Positions 31,301 to 43,049 of a stretch of DNA of 64,000 bases are shown here, piece by piece. The translations under genes were made by a program, and so were the position numbers. Within the stretch, counting starts at the first letter, position 1. Each line of letters opens with the position of its first letter. The stretch spans positions 1,648 through 65,647 of the forward strand of contig CAXMTO010000242.1 in assembly GCA_964196355.1 (NCBI GenBank). The letters run 5' to 3'. Origin of the DNA: an uncultured Myxococcota bacterium. Lineage in GTDB: Bacteria; Desulfobacterota; Desulfobulbia; Desulfobulbales; Desulfocapsaceae. The notes under the pieces are model-generated. The model was not told the origin of the DNA and did no database searches. It saw only the letters and a list, made by a program, of their open reading frames with translations.

Positions 31301-32365
31301 GATACCGTTGCCAGGGATACAATTCTTGCTGATTGGGACGCTTATACAATCCCAATTGTGACCGAGATAGGTGGTATTATTAAATATGGTGACATCATTG
31401 AGGGTGTAACCATGCAGGAAAAGGTTGACACCGTCACCGGTAGATCTTCCATGGCGATAACACACTCCACCGGTTCGACCCAGCTCAACCCTCGGATCAC
31501 TGTCAAAAACGAGCGTGGTAAAACAATGAAACTGCCGGGGTCTGAAGCATATGCCCGGTACAGTTTGCCGGTAGGGTCCATTGTTTCAGTGAATGAAGGC
31601 GATGTTATCCAGCCTGGGACTATCGTAGGTAAGATTCCGAGGGAAACTACAAAAACTAAGGATATTACCGGTGGTCTCCCACGGGTAGCTGAGCTTTTTG
31701 AGGTCAGGAAGCCAAAAGACCCAGCTATTATTTCTAAAGTTGACGGCAAGGTGAGTTTTGGTAAAGAATTGAAAGGAAAAAGAAGGGTGGTTGTTACACC
31801 CGAATACGGGGACGCTCAAGAGTATCTTGTACCTAAATCGAAACATATTATCGTTCATGAGGGCGATTATGTGCAGGCCGGTGAACCGCTCATGGAAGGC
31901 ACAGTTGTCCCCAACGATATTCTTGCCGTACTGGGAGTCAAAGAGCTAGCTCGATTTTTAGTTAACGAAATCCAGGAAGTGTACCGACTCCAGGGTGTGA
32001 AAATTAACGATAAGCATATTGAGGTTATCGTTCGCCAGATGCTCAAACGTGTCATGATAACATCGGTGGGAGACTCTACCTTCATGATCGGTCAGCAGGT
32101 TGAGTGGTGGAAGTTTGAAGCGGAGCGTGATCGTCTTATTGCCGAAGGAAAACAACCGGGAGCAGCTGAGCCTTTATTACTTGGTGTCACCAAGGCGTCA
32201 CTTTCAACAGAGAGTTTCATCTCTGCAGCCTCTTTCCAGGAAACCACAAAAGTGCTGACCAATGCTGCTATGGCTGGAAAGATTGATGAGCTTGCAGGTT
32301 TGAAGGAAAATGTAATTATGGGGCGACTTATCTCCGCGGGAACCGGACTTGGGAAAGATATATAA
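28316..32365 (+). CDS. rpoC: RNA polymerase beta' subunit (GTG start)
   Basis: [40 protein letters not shown]. Confidence 0.98.
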   Translation: MEELFNFFQKPKAPVKFKKVQISLASPEKIMEWTHGEVKKPETINYRTFKPERDGLFCAKIFGPVKDFECNCGKYKRMKHRGVVCEKCGVEVIQSKVRRERLGHIKLAAPVAHIWFLKSLPSKIGAVLDMTLKQLEKILYFEQYAVVESETDHLLPGTLLTEEKYRQARTDYPGQFKVGIGAEAIRNLLSSKDLTKLSAQLREEMSSTNSKTKRQKLGKRLFVIEAFRDSGNKPEWMILEVIPVLPPDLRPLVPLEGGRFATSDLNDLYRRVINRNNRLKRLLELDAPDIIIRNEKRMLQEAVDVLFDNGRRGRVITGGNKRPLKSLSDMLKGKQGRFRQNLLGKRVDYSGRSVIVVGPHLRLHQCGIPKKMALELFKPFIYNKLERKGYVTTIKSGRKMVEKGVKEVWDVLDEVVTEYPVILNRAPTLHRLGMQAFEAVLIEGKAIQLHPLVCMAFNADFDGDQMAVHVPLSVEAQVEARVLMMSTNNILSPANGEPVIIPSQDIVLGLYYMSRERINAPGEGKVFASDEEAIIAYDYGVVHLQAKVKVRKNGELIETTIGRLLLGQLLPDSVKFEEVNQVMTKKALAALIDHTYRNAGTKDTVILADRLKDIGYEYATRAGISICINDMKIPLNKEEFVENAEKNVFDVEQQYTDGLITSGEKYNKVVDIWSKVTDDVANAMMDEIKVDYFHDKDGKVVEAPSFNSIFIMADSGARGSRDQIRQLAGMRGLMAKPSGAIIETPIKANFREGLGVLEYFISTHGARKGLADTALKTANSGYLTRRLVDVAQESTIVEKDCRTIDGMIAEPLMDGGEIIVPLGDRILGRVTLDDVIDPFNDTVIIPAGEQITEEKVTQIMETGIDKIAIRSVLSCRSKRGVCAACYGRDLGRGHMVNIGEAVGVIAAQSIGEPGTQLTMRTFHVGGTASRSVEQAELQTHIGGEVTFFNLHSVENAEGTRIVMNRNAEIVIKDELGRERERFKVNYGAQLLVKEGDTVARDTILADWDAYTIPIVTEIGGIIKYGDIIEGVTMQEKVDTVTGRSSMAITHSTGSTQLNPRITVKNERGKTMKLPGSEAYARYSLPVGSIVSVNEGDVIQPGTIVGKIPRETTKTKDITGGLPRVAELFEVRKPKDPAIISKVDGKVSFGKELKGKRRVVVTPEYGDAQEYLVPKSKHIIVHEGDYVQAGEPLMEGTVVPNDILAVLGVKELARFLVNEIQEVYRLQGVKINDKHIEVIVRQMLKRVMITSVGDSTFMIGQQVEWWKFEAERDRLIAEGKQPGAAEPLLLGVTKASLSTESFISAASFQETTKVLTNAAMAGKIDELAGLKENVIMGRLISAGTGLGKDI

Positions 32366-32399
32366 TCGCTGAACTCCGGCTGTCGGATAAGACGTGGCT

Positions 32400-32513
32400 T
32401 TAGTATGAAACTCCCTTGAGGGGGCGCGTAGTTTTAAGAAATAAATTTCTGTCACACCTTTTTGCTATCCTTAGCGGGAAGAAAAGCGCAGAAATTTATT
32501 TCTCAGTTACTAA
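32400..32513. repeat. Palindromic MITE-like element between rpoC and rpsL
   Basis: Perfect 15-bp inverted repeat AGAAATAAATTTCTG (32437-32451) / CAGAAATTTATTTCT (32489-32503); outer TTAGTA...TACTAA; CTCCCTTGAGGGGG hairpin at 32411-32424. Confidence 0.55.
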
Positions 32514-32538
32514 TTGATATGCAGCCTGCTCTTTTTGC

Positions 32539-32567
32539 TTGACACTGTGGTGGCGTTAGGTTAAAAG
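32539..32567 (+). promoter_or_regulatory. Probable str operon promoter
   Basis: TTGACA-17 bp-TAAAAG upstream of rpsL. Confidence 0.45.
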
Positions 32568-32660
32568 TGATCCCTTTCGTGTGAGCGAAAAGCACTCAGA
32601 TCTGCAACTGGATGTCTGGAATTTATTAATAGGATTTGTAAAACAGGAGCAGTTACCGTA

Positions 32661-33032
32661 ATGCCAACAATTAACCAACTCGTAAGGTTTGGGAGAAAAA
32701 AGTCTGTTAAGAAGACAAACACTCCTGCTTTGAAAGGATCGCCTCAGAAAAGAGGTGTGTGTGTGAGGGTGTATACAACGACCCCGAAAAAGCCCAATTC
32801 AGCGCTGCGTAAAGTCGCCAGAGTCAGGCTGACAAACGGAATCGAGGTCACCTCCTATATCCCCGGGATTGGTCATAATCTCCAGGAGCACTCTGTGGTT
32901 ATGATTCGCGGTGGGAGGGTAAAGGATTTACCCGGTGTCCGTTATCACGTGATCAGAGGTACTTTGGATACACTAGGTGTTTCCGATAGACGTCAGGGTC
33001 GTTCAAAATATGGAGCTAAGCGGCCATCCTAA
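32661..33032 (+). CDS. rpsL: 30S ribosomal protein S12
   Basis: [29 protein letters not shown]. Confidence 0.98.
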   Translation: MPTINQLVRFGRKKSVKKTNTPALKGSPQKRGVCVRVYTTTPKKPNSALRKVARVRLTNGIEVTSYIPGIGHNLQEHSVVMIRGGRVKDLPGVRYHVIRGTLDTLGVSDRRQGRSKYGAKRPS

Positions 33033-33063
33033 TGGATGTGTCTGATAGAGAGAGGTTTTATTA

Positions 33064-33537
33064 ATGTCGCGAAGAAGAACTGTTGAGAAACGATCCATAG
33101 ACCCTGATCCGAAATTTAACAGCATGCTGGTGAGTAAATTCACCAACGGTCTGATGGAGAGAGGAAAGAAGTCTCTTGCCCAGAGGATTTTTTATGGCGC
33201 TATGGATATAGTAGCAGAGCGCGTCAAAGACGAGGATGCGTTGACTGTTTTTGAAGAGGCAATGGGTAATGTCCGTCCACGTCTTGAGGTTAAATCTCGT
33301 CGTGTAGGTGGTGCTACATACCAGGTGCCGATGGAGGTTCGACAGACCCGAAGAAATGCACTCGCGATTCGATGGATTATTGGTTTTTCAAAGTCAAAAT
33401 CAGGAAAATCCATGTCAGAAAAACTTGCGGCCGAGCTGGTCGATGCATACAATAACCGTGGCGGGTCTGTAAAAAAGAAAGATGATACTCACCGTATGGC
33501 TGAGGCGAATAAGGCCTTTGCCCATTATCGCTGGTAA
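33064..33537 (+). CDS. rpsG: 30S ribosomal protein S7
   Basis: [27 protein letters not shown]. Confidence 0.98.
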   Translation: MSRRRTVEKRSIDPDPKFNSMLVSKFTNGLMERGKKSLAQRIFYGAMDIVAERVKDEDALTVFEEAMGNVRPRLEVKSRRVGGATYQVPMEVRQTRRNALAIRWIIGFSKSKSGKSMSEKLAAELVDAYNNRGGSVKKKDDTHRMAEANKAFAHYRW

Positions 33538-33613
33538 AGAATAGATTACGTTGCTGTTGGGTCTACCGGAAGAATGGCTGGTATATTAAGTTGCGCAAGG
33601 AATGAGGTAGTTG

Positions 33614-35692
33614 ATGTCGGCCCCGGATGATCTGTCAGATGTGCGAAATATTGGCATAATGGCCCATATTGACGCAGGAAAAACGACAACAACTGAAAGG
33701 GTTCTTTACTACACGGGACGATCATACAAGTTAGGTGAGGTTCATGAAGGTACTGCCGTCATGGACTGGATGGAACAGGAACAGGAGAGAGGAATTACCA
33801 TTACCTCGGCAGCTACAACCTGTTACTGGAAAGAGAAAAAAATCAACATTATAGATACTCCCGGACATGTCGACTTCACGGTGGAAGTTGAACGATCTCT
33901 GCGAGTATTGGATGGAGTTGTAGCGGTCTTCTGTGCTGTAGGTGGTGTTGAACCCCAGTCAGAGACTGTATGGCGACAGGCAGATAAGTATTCGATTCCT
34001 CGGATTGCCTTCGTCAACAAGATGGATCGCGTCGGTGCAAATTACAGCAGATGCGTGTCCATGATTACCGACAGGCTCGGGGCAAATCCAGTCCCCATAC
34101 AGATTCCTGTCGGCAAAGAGACGGACTTTGCCGGGGTTATTGATCTCGTCGAAGGAAATATGCTCGTATTTGGTGAGCAGTCTCTGGGTCAGGAGGTAGA
34201 AGTACTTGAAATTCCTGCCGAATATATAGAAACATTCACGGCCGCACGGATGATACTCCTCGAGAAGTTGGCCGACTTCGATGAGGGTATCATGGAAAAA
34301 TACTTAGATGATACAACAGTATCTGCGCCTGAGATATATAGTGCTCTCAGAAAGGCAACTTTATCCCTGGATATAGTGCCTGTAATGTGCGGGAGCGCGT
34401 TTAAAAATAAAGGAGTGCAGCCTCTTCTTGATAGTATTCTACGTTACCTGCCTTCGCCTCTTGATGTTAAGGGCATTGAGGGTATGGGGAAAAACGGGGA
34501 GACTATAAGCAGGAAAACAGACCCGGATGAAAAATTTGCCGGGCTGGTGTTTAAGCTGATGAGTGACTCTTTTGTGGAAAATCTTGCTTTTGTGAGAATA
34601 TATTCCGGCAAAATATCGGTTGGTGATAAAGTCTTTAATCCTGTTAAAAAAAAGCAGGAGAAGATCTCTAAACTGCTTAAACTTCATGCGAATAAACGCG
34701 AAGAGGTAAGAGAGATATCAGCTGGAGATATAGGGGCGATTGTCGGACTTAAGTTCACCACGACAGGCGATACGCTTTGTGAGAAGGGAGATTACATAGT
34801 GCTGGAGAGCATGGATTTTCCTGACCCGGTTATTGGCGTAGCGATAGAGCCCAGAAGTAAGGCCGAAGAGAAGAGACTCTCGGAAACGTTGGACAAAATA
34901 GCTTTGGAGGATCCTTCGTTTACGATTACGACTAACGGGGACACTGGACAAACGATTATCTCGGGTATGGGCGAACTGCACCTGGAAATAATTGTCCACC
35001 GACTTCTCCATGAATTCAAAGTTTCGGCTAACGTTGGTACCCCTCAGGTCGCATACAAAGAGACCATTGGCCGGGTTCAGCAGGGTGAGGGGAAATTTGA
35101 CCAGCTTACTGGCGCTAAAGGCCAATACGGTCACGTCGTAATTGAGGTTGAGCCGGCAGCGCGCGGAACCGGGTTTGAATTCATCAACAGTGTCGATGAT
35201 AACCAGGTACCTGATGAGTATCTGGCATCAATAAAAAAAGGTATCTCTGATACACTGGATTCAGGGCCTTTGATTGGCTATCCGCTTACCGATTTGAAAG
35301 TGACCTTGGTCGGAGGCTCTTACCACGAAGAGGAATCCACTGAGATGGCCTTTGGAATTTCAGCATCAATGGCAATAAGAAGGGCTTCAGCTGAGGCGGC
35401 ACCCAAATTGCTGGAACCAGTGATGAGTTTGGAGGTTGTTACACCTGAAGAGTACGTTGGTGACGTGATTGCTGACCTCAATAGTAAAAGAGGAAAAGTT
35501 GTCGGTATCGATGCGGAAAATGCCCTGCAGCTGTTAAAAGCTCAGGTACCTCTTGCCGAAATGTTTGGATACTCTACGTCTTTGAGATCTTCAACACAGG
35601 GAAGGGCTACTTTTACGATGCAATTTTTTGAATACGACGTAGTACCTGCTTCACGAGCAGATAATATAATTAAAAAGATCAGAGGGATTTGA
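33614..35692 (+). CDS. fusA: Elongation factor G (str-operon copy, divergent)
   Basis: [51 protein letters not shown]. Confidence 0.93.
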   Translation: MSAPDDLSDVRNIGIMAHIDAGKTTTTERVLYYTGRSYKLGEVHEGTAVMDWMEQEQERGITITSAATTCYWKEKKINIIDTPGHVDFTVEVERSLRVLDGVVAVFCAVGGVEPQSETVWRQADKYSIPRIAFVNKMDRVGANYSRCVSMITDRLGANPVPIQIPVGKETDFAGVIDLVEGNMLVFGEQSLGQEVEVLEIPAEYIETFTAARMILLEKLADFDEGIMEKYLDDTTVSAPEIYSALRKATLSLDIVPVMCGSAFKNKGVQPLLDSILRYLPSPLDVKGIEGMGKNGETISRKTDPDEKFAGLVFKLMSDSFVENLAFVRIYSGKISVGDKVFNPVKKKQEKISKLLKLHANKREEVREISAGDIGAIVGLKFTTTGDTLCEKGDYIVLESMDFPDPVIGVAIEPRSKAEEKRLSETLDKIALEDPSFTITTNGDTGQTIISGMGELHLEIIVHRLLHEFKVSANVGTPQVAYKETIGRVQQGEGKFDQLTGAKGQYGHVVIEVEPAARGTGFEFINSVDDNQVPDEYLASIKKGISDTLDSGPLIGYPLTDLKVTLVGGSYHEEESTEMAFGISASMAIRRASAEAAPKLLEPVMSLEVVTPEEYVGDVIADLNSKRGKVVGIDAENALQLLKAQVPLAEMFGYSTSLRSSTQGRATFTMQFFEYDVVPASRADNIIKKIRGI

Positions 35693-35716
35693 GTTCAAAA
35701 ATTTTGAGGAACAATT

Positions 35717-36910
35717 ATGGCAAAGCAAAAATTTGAAAGGAATAAGCCGCATGTCAATGTCGGAACTGTTGGTCACATTGATCATGGCAAGACAACTTTG
35801 ACAGCAGCTATCACTCGTGTGTTATCACTTAAGGGATTGGCATCTTTTACAGACTTCAGTGATATTGATAAAGCTCCTGAAGAAAAAGAAAGGGGAATTA
35901 CTATAGCTACTGCCCATGTCGAATATGAGACTGTAAATCGGCACTATGCGCATGTGGATTGTCCTGGTCACGCCGATTACATCAAGAATATGATTACCGG
36001 GGCAGCTCAGATGGACGGGGCTATTCTGGTTGTCGCTGCAACTGATGGTGCCATGCCTCAGACACGAGAGCATATATTGCTGGCACGTCAGGTAGGTGTT
36101 CCTGCCATCGTTGTTTTTCTGAATAAATGCGATATGGTTGATGATGAAGAGCTCATTGAACTTGTCGAAATGGAATTGCGTGAGCTGCTTGATAAGTACG
36201 AGTTCCCTGGAGACGACATTCCTTTTGTTCAGGGTTCTGCACTGCAGGCACTTGAAAACCCGGAAGATGAATCTGCCGCGAAGTGCGTATGGGAACTTAT
36301 GGAGGCAATTGACTCGTATATTCCTGAGCCTAAAAGAGACGTGGATCAGCCTTTTCTCATGCCGGTTGAGGATGTCTTTTCTATCTCCGGCCGTGGAACT
36401 GTCGCGACCGGTCGGATAGAGCGTGGCGTTGTACATGTCGGAGATGAAATTGAAATTGTCGGTATAAAGGAAACGCAAAAAACCACCTGTACCGGTGTTG
36501 AGATGTTCCGCAAACTTCTTGATGAAGGCCAGGCCGGTGACAACATAGGTGCACTGCTTCGCGGAATCAAACGCGAGGAAATCGATCGTGGACAGGTTTT
36601 GGCTGCGCCAAAGTCAATCCAGCCTCACACAAGATTCAAGGCTGAGTGCTATATTCTTGGTAAGGACGAGGGCGGAAGGCATACCCCGTTTTTTAATGGA
36701 TATCGACCGCAGTTTTACTTCAGAACAACAGATGTTACTGGTGTTGTGACGCTAGCTGAAGGAGTCGAGATGGTAATGCCTGGTGACAATATTGCCGCAG
36801 ATATTGAGCTGATCACTCCAATTGCTATGGATGTCGGTTTACGGTTTGCCATTCGTGAAGGCGGCCGTACAGTTGGTGCCGGTGTTATCAGTGAAATTCT
36901 ACAAAAATAA
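35717..36910 (+). CDS. tuf: Elongation factor Tu (str-operon copy)
   Basis: Same motifs as 18452-19642; about 20 residue differences by eye. Confidence 0.98.
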   Translation: MAKQKFERNKPHVNVGTVGHIDHGKTTLTAAITRVLSLKGLASFTDFSDIDKAPEEKERGITIATAHVEYETVNRHYAHVDCPGHADYIKNMITGAAQMDGAILVVAATDGAMPQTREHILLARQVGVPAIVVFLNKCDMVDDEELIELVEMELRELLDKYEFPGDDIPFVQGSALQALENPEDESAAKCVWELMEAIDSYIPEPKRDVDQPFLMPVEDVFSISGRGTVATGRIERGVVHVGDEIEIVGIKETQKTTCTGVEMFRKLLDEGQAGDNIGALLRGIKREEIDRGQVLAAPKSIQPHTRFKAECYILGKDEGGRHTPFFNGYRPQFYFRTTDVTGVVTLAEGVEMVMPGDNIAADIELITPIAMDVGLRFAIREGGRTVGAGVISEILQK

Positions 36911-36918
36911 GGGCCCCA

Positions 36919-37233
36919 ATGATACCAACAGAAAAAATCCGCATTCGTTTAAAAGCATACGATCATAAGCTCCTGGATCAGTCAACTTCTGAGATAGTAG
37001 AAACTGCGAGGCGGACTGGATCTGCTGTAGCTGGACCTATTCCGTTGCCAACATCTGTGAATAAGTTCTGTGTTCTTCGTTCGCCGCATGTTGACAAGAA
37101 ATCTCGTGAGCAATTTGAAATGAGGACTCATCGTCGTTTATTGGATATCCTGGAGCCTACTCAGCAGACGATTGACCTCCTGATGAAGCTTGAGCTGTCT
37201 GCGGGCGTTGACGTAGAAATAAAACTGCCGTAG
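36919..37233 (+). CDS. rpsJ: 30S ribosomal protein S10
   Basis: [24 protein letters not shown]. Confidence 0.98.
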   Translation: MIPTEKIRIRLKAYDHKLLDQSTSEIVETARRTGSAVAGPIPLPTSVNKFCVLRSPHVDKKSREQFEMRTHRRLLDILEPTQQTIDLLMKLELSAGVDVEIKLP

Positions 37234-37277
37234 ATGGCGAAGATAACAATTGTTAAATTGAAGCATCGGATACAATT

Positions 37278-37907
37278 ATGCCAAAAACAATGGGTATATT
37301 AGGTAAAAAAATAGGGATGACCCGTGTTTACAGTGAACTGGGTCAAGCGACTCCTGTAACTGTCGTGGAAGCTGGTCCATGTAAAGTTCTTCAGGTGAAA
37401 AATGAAGAGATTGATGGATACAGTGCAATCCAGGTCGGTTTTTCAGATAAAAAAGGATCTCGAGTCAATAAGGCCGCTGCTGGTCATTTTAAGAAGTCGG
37501 ACTCAGAGGGATTCTATTTTGTCAGAGAGTTCAGAGTAATTGATGCTGCGGAGTACACAGTGGGTCAGGATATTGCTTTGGACGCAGTTCTCAAGGTCGG
37601 AGATTTGGTCGATATCCAGGGGGTCAGTAAGGGTAAGGGATTCCAGGGTGTCATCAAGAGATATGGCTTTGCAGGAGGTGGTGCCGGACACGGCTCTAAT
37701 TTCCATAGAGCACCGGGATCCATTGGTTGCAGTGCGTCTCCAGGAAGAGTGTTTAAGGGGAAAAAAATGCCTGGAAGGATGGGTAACGATACTGTCTTGA
37801 GAAAAAATGTAATCGTTATCGACGTGCGTTCTGAAGAGAATGTTGTACTTTTGAAAGGTCCCCTTCCCGGAGCCAAAAACGGCCTGTTGAAAATATTCTC
37901 TAAATAA
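37278..37907 (+). CDS. rplC: 50S ribosomal protein L3
   Basis: GKKIGMT, SKGKGFQG, RAPGSIG, KKMPGRMG. Confidence 0.97.
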   Translation: MPKTMGILGKKIGMTRVYSELGQATPVTVVEAGPCKVLQVKNEEIDGYSAIQVGFSDKKGSRVNKAAAGHFKKSDSEGFYFVREFRVIDAAEYTVGQDIALDAVLKVGDLVDIQGVSKGKGFQGVIKRYGFAGGGAGHGSNFHRAPGSIGCSASPGRVFKGKKMPGRMGNDTVLRKNVIVIDVRSEENVVLLKGPLPGAKNGLLKIFSK

Positions 37908-37942
37908 TCGCTTTTGAGTAGAGACAGGCTGAGGAGATAAAT

Positions 37943-38566
37943 ATGTCTACAGTAAAGATAGTTAACACCAAGAACGAGAGTGTTGGCGAGATTGAACTCA
38001 GGGATGACCTGTTCAATCGAGAGGTGAAGGAGTATATCTTGCATGATGTAGTTCGCATGCAACGTGCTGCTCGCCGAGCTGGCAACGCCTGTACTAAAAC
38101 ACGGGTTGATGTGCGTGGTGGTGGTGCCAAGCCTTGGAGACAAAAAGGAACAGGTCGTGCCAGGTCTGGTACCCGTACGTCTCCTATCTGGAGAGGTGGT
38201 GGAGTGGCGTTCGGACCAAAACCGCGGGATTACAGCTTTAAACTCAACCGAAAGGTCAAGAAGCAGGCGATCGCAATGGCTATGAGCGCAAGGCAGCAGG
38301 AGGGCAACCTTCTCATTGTTGATCAGTTCTCCATGGATGAGATTAAAACCAAGGATTTTGTCGGTATTATGAAGGTGTTAGATGTTGAGAATGCACTTAT
38401 AGTTGCTGACGCCGGTAATGAAGAGCTAAACAAATCATCACGAAATGCAAACGGTTATAAGGTATTACCTGCTGAAGGTGTGAATGTCTATGATATTCTT
38501 CTCCACAAAAAACTCATTTTAGTGCAACCGGTAATCGATAGCCTTGAAAAGAGGTTGGCAGTATGA
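37943..38566 (+). CDS. rplD: 50S ribosomal protein L4
   Basis: KPWRQKGTGRARSG, GGGVAFGPKPR. Confidence 0.97.
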   Translation: MSTVKIVNTKNESVGEIELRDDLFNREVKEYILHDVVRMQRAARRAGNACTKTRVDVRGGGAKPWRQKGTGRARSGTRTSPIWRGGGVAFGPKPRDYSFKLNRKVKKQAIAMAMSARQQEGNLLIVDQFSMDEIKTKDFVGIMKVLDVENALIVADAGNEELNKSSRNANGYKVLPAEGVNVYDILLHKKLILVQPVIDSLEKRLAV

Positions 38567-38850
38567 AAAATATATACAGCGTATTAAAGGGACCCTGCCT
38601 TACCGAAAAAGCGGCATTATTGCAGGAAGAAGATGGGAGGGTCGTTTTCAAGGTTCATCCCAAGGCAAACAAAATCGAAGTTAAAAGAGCAGTCGAGCTC
38701 CTTTTCAACGTAAAAGTGAGGAATGTGAGAACTGCCAACGTGAACGGAAAGCAAAAAAGGGTTGGAAAAACAGTAGGCTTTACCAAAAACTGGAAAAAAG
38801 CTTATGTAACCTTATCTGAAGGTGAAATTAACTTTGCTGATGAATTGTAG
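38563..38850 (+). CDS. rplW: 50S ribosomal protein L23
   Basis: TEKA, ANKIEVKRAVE, WKKAYVTL. Confidence 0.96.
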   Translation: MKNIYSVLKGPCLTEKAALLQEEDGRVVFKVHPKANKIEVKRAVELLFNVKVRNVRTANVNGKQKRVGKTVGFTKNWKKAYVTLSEGEINFADEL

Positions 38851-38933
38851 TAGAAAATCAGAAAAAACGAGTTGGTGTTCATCTTCACTTAACGATTCTA
38901 TCTAACCTATTTTGATGGAGCGATTGGGAAATC

Positions 38934-39758
38934 ATGGCTATAAAAACATATAAACCTACATCTGCTGGAAAACGACACCATGTGTCAATAAAAAACGCAG
39001 ATTTATCACGAAAGGACCCTGAAAAGAGTCTTGTTTCCAGCCTCAGCAAAAGTGGTGGCAGGAACAATTACGGGCGGATTACTGCGCGTTACAAGGGTGG
39101 TGGTCACAAGCGTAAATATAGAATCATTGATTTTAAGAGAAATAAAACAGACATCGATGCAAAGGTAATTGCCATTGAATATGACCCTAACAGGTCAGCC
39201 AATATAGCTTTGCTGGGATATCTGGACGGGGAAAAGTGCTATATCCTTTCTCCCGAGGGCATTTCTGTGGGTGACAGGGTGGTCGCCGGTGAGAACGTTG
39301 ATATTCAGCCGGGGAATTGCCTCCCTATGAGTAATATCCCTCTTGGTACTATCATCCATAACATTGAAATGAAGATTGGCAAGGGAGCACAGTTGGTTCG
39401 GAGTGCAGGTGCTTCTGCCCAGCTGATGGCTAAAGAAGGTGGATATGTTCTTGTTCGGCTGCCTTCCGGAGAGGTCAGGAAGTTCAATAATCTATGCAGG
39501 GCCTGTATCGGGCAAATTGGTAATCGTGAGCACGAGAGCCAGAAGCTTGGAAAAGCCGGCAGGAGCAGATGGAAAGGCAGGAGACCTCATGTTCGAGGTG
39601 TAGCCATGAACCCTGTTGATCACCCAATGGGTGGTGGCGAGGGTAAGAGTTCCGGTGGGCGGCATCCATGTACTCCATGGGGGCGTCCGACTAAGGGATT
39701 CAAAACGAGAAAGAAAAGAAAGGTTTCTGACAAACTGATTGTCAAGAAGAGATCATAA
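38934..39758 (+). CDS. rplB: 50S ribosomal protein L2
   Basis: [25 protein letters not shown]. Confidence 0.98.
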   Translation: MAIKTYKPTSAGKRHHVSIKNADLSRKDPEKSLVSSLSKSGGRNNYGRITARYKGGGHKRKYRIIDFKRNKTDIDAKVIAIEYDPNRSANIALLGYLDGEKCYILSPEGISVGDRVVAGENVDIQPGNCLPMSNIPLGTIIHNIEMKIGKGAQLVRSAGASAQLMAKEGGYVLVRLPSGEVRKFNNLCRACIGQIGNREHESQKLGKAGRSRWKGRRPHVRGVAMNPVDHPMGGGEGKSSGGRHPCTPWGRPTKGFKTRKKRKVSDKLIVKKRS

Positions 39759-39775
39759 CAGACAAGGAGTAATGT

Positions 39776-40051
39776 ATGTCTCGTTCAATCAAAAAAGGTC
39801 CTTTTATCGACGATCACTTGCAAAAGAAAGTGTCTTCGGCCATTGACAGTGGGTCACGAAAAGTCATCAAGACCTGGTCAAGACGTTCGGATATAAGTCC
39901 AGAGATGGTAGGGATCACATTTGCAGTTCATAACGGGAAAAAGTTTATACCTGTATTTGTCACAGAAAACATGGTCGGACATAAGCTTGGTGAATTTTCG
40001 CCGACCCGTACTTATTATGGACACTCTGCAGACCGTAAGGGAAGAAAATAA
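39776..40051 (+). CDS. rpsS: 30S ribosomal protein S19
   Basis: [26 protein letters not shown]. Confidence 0.98.
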   Translation: MSRSIKKGPFIDDHLQKKVSSAIDSGSRKVIKTWSRRSDISPEMVGITFAVHNGKKFIPVFVTENMVGHKLGEFSPTRTYYGHSADRKGRK

Positions 40052-40095
40052 CTGGAAACATAAGTTTCTTGCAGGACCCACTGGGAGTAATCACT

Positions 40096-40428
40096 ATGGA
40101 AGCTAGGGCCGTAGGTAAATATATCAGAATCTCTCCGCAAAAGGCACGTTTAGTTGCTGATGTTGTGAGAGGTATGGGGGTTGATCAGGCTATTAATACC
40201 CTCCGTTTCATGCCTAAAAAAGGCGCAGGAATTATTCAGAAAGTCATTGAATCCGCAGTCGCTAACGCAACTCAGGACGATCAGGCAGATGTGGATACTT
40301 TGTATATCAAGAAAATTATGATAGATGGTGGACCTTCCCTTAAGAGAATTAGGCCAAGAGCTATGGGCAGAGCGACCGGAATTATAAAAAGAACGAGCCA
40401 CATCACCGTAGTTATTGATGAGAACTAG
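40096..40428 (+). CDS. rplV: 50S ribosomal protein L22
   Basis: RISPQKARLVAD, PRAMGRA..IIKRTSHITV; ATG 40096. Confidence 0.97.
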   Translation: MEARAVGKYIRISPQKARLVADVVRGMGVDQAINTLRFMPKKGAGIIQKVIESAVANATQDDQADVDTLYIKKIMIDGGPSLKRIRPRAMGRATGIIKRTSHITVVIDEN

Positions 40429-40515
40429 GTAACTGTGAGGTAGGCGGAACTTTGGTATAATCGAGCCGCTTACTGTTAAGATTAAATAGAATGTTGGATT
40501 TGTTGGAGGACTGTT

Positions 40516-41163
40516 TTGGGGCAGAAGGTTAATCCATTAGGAATGAGACTGAACATTACCCGGACATGGGATTCAATCTGGTACGCGGATAAAGAATACG
40601 CTACCTACCTGATTGAAGATCAGAAAATTAAAAAGTTTCTCAAAGATCGTCTCCATCACGCCGGACTGTCGAAAGTTAAAATTGAACGTACTGGTGAGCA
40701 CGTACGTATCAAACTTTTTACAGCCAGGCCTGGAATAGTAATTGGAAAGAAAGGTTCTGAGATTGAACTTACAAAAAAAGAGATTGAGAAACTCATTACA
40801 CGAAAAGTTACCCTGGATATTCAGGAAGTCAGACGTCCTGAAGCTGACGCTCAGCTCGTTGCAGAAAATATTGCTCAACAGCTGATAAGAAGAGTTGCTT
40901 TTCGTCGTGCAATGAAAAAAGCTGTAACATCCGCACAGCGCTTTGGAGTTCAGGGTATCAAGATATCATGTTCCGGCCGACTTGGTGGAGCTGAGATGTC
41001 GAGATGTGAATGGGTACGGGAAGGAAGAGTACCACTGCACACCCTGAGGGCTGATGTCGACTATGCACTCGCAGAGGCTAATACCACTTACGGGATCATT
41101 GGTGTCAAAGTGTGGATCTTTAACGGTGAAGTCTTAAGTGATAAAGATGTCGGCGAGGTGTAG
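40516..41163 (+). CDS. rpsC: 30S ribosomal protein S3 (TTG start)
   Basis: [29 protein letters not shown]. Confidence 0.97.
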   Translation: MGQKVNPLGMRLNITRTWDSIWYADKEYATYLIEDQKIKKFLKDRLHHAGLSKVKIERTGEHVRIKLFTARPGIVIGKKGSEIELTKKEIEKLITRKVTLDIQEVRRPEADAQLVAENIAQQLIRRVAFRRAMKKAVTSAQRFGVQGIKISCSGRLGGAEMSRCEWVREGRVPLHTLRADVDYALAEANTTYGIIGVKVWIFNGEVLSDKDVGEV

Positions 41164-41217
41164 TTTAAGCCCTCCAACAGTTTGAGACTGTTTACATACC
41201 ACAATTCGGAGTAAGAG

Positions 41218-41634
41218 ATGTTAAGTCCTAAGAAGGTAAAACATAGAAAAGTTTTTAAAGGAAGATCAAGAGGGATTGCACATCGAGGGTCTTCAATTTC
41301 TTTCGGTGATTATGCGATAAAGGCCACCTGTTGTGGGTTTATGACCGCACAGCAGATAGAATCTGCTCGTATCACGATAAACAGAACTATGAAGAGAGGT
41401 GGCAAGGTCTGGATACGTGTGTTTCCGGATAAGCCGCTAACCAAAAAACCGGCTGAGACCCGTATGGGAAAAGGCAAAGGGAGCCCTGAGTCGTGGGTTG
41501 CCGTAGTGAAACCAGGTATGGTTCTCTACGAAATTTCCGGCGTAACTGAAGAACTCGCTGTGAAAGCACTGACTCTTGCCGGCAACAAGTTACCATTTTC
41601 TACCAAAGTTGTAACCAAGAGGACCAGTCTATGA
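41218..41634 (+). CDS. rplP: 50S ribosomal protein L16
   Basis: [16 protein letters not shown]. Confidence 0.97.
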   Translation: MLSPKKVKHRKVFKGRSRGIAHRGSSISFGDYAIKATCCGFMTAQQIESARITINRTMKRGGKVWIRVFPDKPLTKKPAETRMGKGKGSPESWVAVVKPGMVLYEISGVTEELAVKALTLAGNKLPFSTKVVTKRTSL

Positions 41635-41822
41635 AAGTTGAAGAGATCCGTAAATTGACCGGGGAAGAACTGGCAAAGACTGAAAAAGGTTTAAGGGAGG
41701 AGCTGGGGAATTTGACTTTTCAGCACCGTATTAGGCCTCTCGAAGATACTTCTCGGTTAAGAAAAATTAAAAAAGACATTGCTAGGATCGAGACAATCAA
41801 GGGACAAGCTGACAGCTTGTAA
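41631..41822 (+). CDS. rpmC: 50S ribosomal protein L29
   Basis: [13 protein letters not shown]; position. Confidence 0.93.
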   Translation: MKVEEIRKLTGEELAKTEKGLREELGNLTFQHRIRPLEDTSRLRKIKKDIARIETIKGQADSL

Positions 41823-41885
41823 TAAAAATTGAAATTTGAACGTGGTTTGTCAGATTCTATATTACCATCGCTAAGTGATTAAACT

Positions 41886-42146
41886 ATGAGTGAAATAAAA
41901 AAATCTAAAAAGACAAGAACTGGTTCTGTTGTAAGTAACAGAATGGAAAAGAGCGTTGTCGTTCAGGTTGAACGTAAGGTACGCCACAAACTCTACGGAA
42001 AATTCGTCAAAACCAGTGTTAAATATCTTGCAGATGATCCTGAGAACCGCTGCAATATCGGTGATACTGTCCTTATTGAAGAGTGTCGACCACTCAGTAA
42101 GCGGAAAAGATGGCGGGTCAGAACAATATTGGAACAGGCAGTTTAG
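41886..42146 (+). CDS. rpsQ: 30S ribosomal protein S17
   Basis: GSVVSNRMEKS, ECRPLSKRKRW. Confidence 0.96.
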   Translation: MSEIKKSKKTRTGSVVSNRMEKSVVVQVERKVRHKLYGKFVKTSVKYLADDPENRCNIGDTVLIEECRPLSKRKRWRVRTILEQAV

Positions 42147-42208
42147 TACTGACAATGTGGCAGAGTTAGTAAAAACGTTTTGTTTCGTATGAAATATCAG
42201 GTGAAATA

Positions 42209-42577
42209 ATGATACAGACAGAGTCAGTACTCAATGTTGCAGATAACTCCGGCGCGAAAAAGGTTCTATGTATTCGCGTTCTCGGAGGAACTCGAAAACG
42301 ATATGCAAGCATTGGAGACGTTATTGTTGTAACAGTAAAAGAAGCCCTTCCGCATGCCAAGGTAAAGAAAGGTGATGTCATGAGGGCAGTTATTGTAAGA
42401 ACTTCTAAAGCTATAAAGAGAATGGATGATACATGGGTTGGGTTTGATGACAACGCTGCTGTTATGCTTGGTACATCAGGTGAACCGGTTGGAACTCGTA
42501 TTTTTGGCCCCGTAGCTCGTGAGTTAAGAAACCAGGGTTTCATGAAGATTATCTCACTTGCCCCTGAGGCGCTTTAA
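42209..42577 (+). CDS. rplN: 50S ribosomal protein L14
   Basis: [28 protein letters not shown]. Confidence 0.98.
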   Translation: MIQTESVLNVADNSGAKKVLCIRVLGGTRKRYASIGDVIVVTVKEALPHAKVKKGDVMRAVIVRTSKAIKRMDDTWVGFDDNAAVMLGTSGEPVGTRIFGPVARELRNQGFMKIISLAPEAL

Positions 42578-42682
42578 CCCCCTGAGAGAGTGCGAACGGT
42601 TTAACAGGGTTATTTGTTTGGCACTAAAGGGACTGACCCGGCTTAGCTGGGTTGGATACATTGACTGAAAAAAGGTATAAAA

Positions 42683-43018
42683 ATGAGACAGGGTAGAACA
42701 TACCTGAAGAAAGACGATCAGGTTGAAGTAATTACCGGCAAGGATAAAGGTCGAGTGGGAAAAGTCCTTCGAGTATTAAAGGATAAAGATAAGGTTGTAG
42801 TTGAGCGTATCAATATGGTAAAGCGCCACACTAAACCGAGTGAGATGAACCAGCAAGGCCAGATTGTCGACAAAGAGGCACCTATACACGTATCCAATAT
42901 TCAACTTATCTGTCCTGAGTGTACTAAAACCGGTCGAATTGGCAGGAAGATACTTGAAGATGGTACGAAGGTTCGCTTTTGCAAGCATTGTACTGAATCT
43001 ATTGAGAGTAAATCTTAG
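42683..43018 (+). CDS. rplX: 50S ribosomal protein L24
   Basis: [22 protein letters not shown]. Confidence 0.96.
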   Translation: MRQGRTYLKKDDQVEVITGKDKGRVGKVLRVLKDKDKVVVERINMVKRHTKPSEMNQQGQIVDKEAPIHVSNIQLICPECTKTGRIGRKILEDGTKVRFCKHCTESIESKS

Positions 43019-43049
43019 GTAATCAAAAGGCTGACGCTAGGAGTTATAC

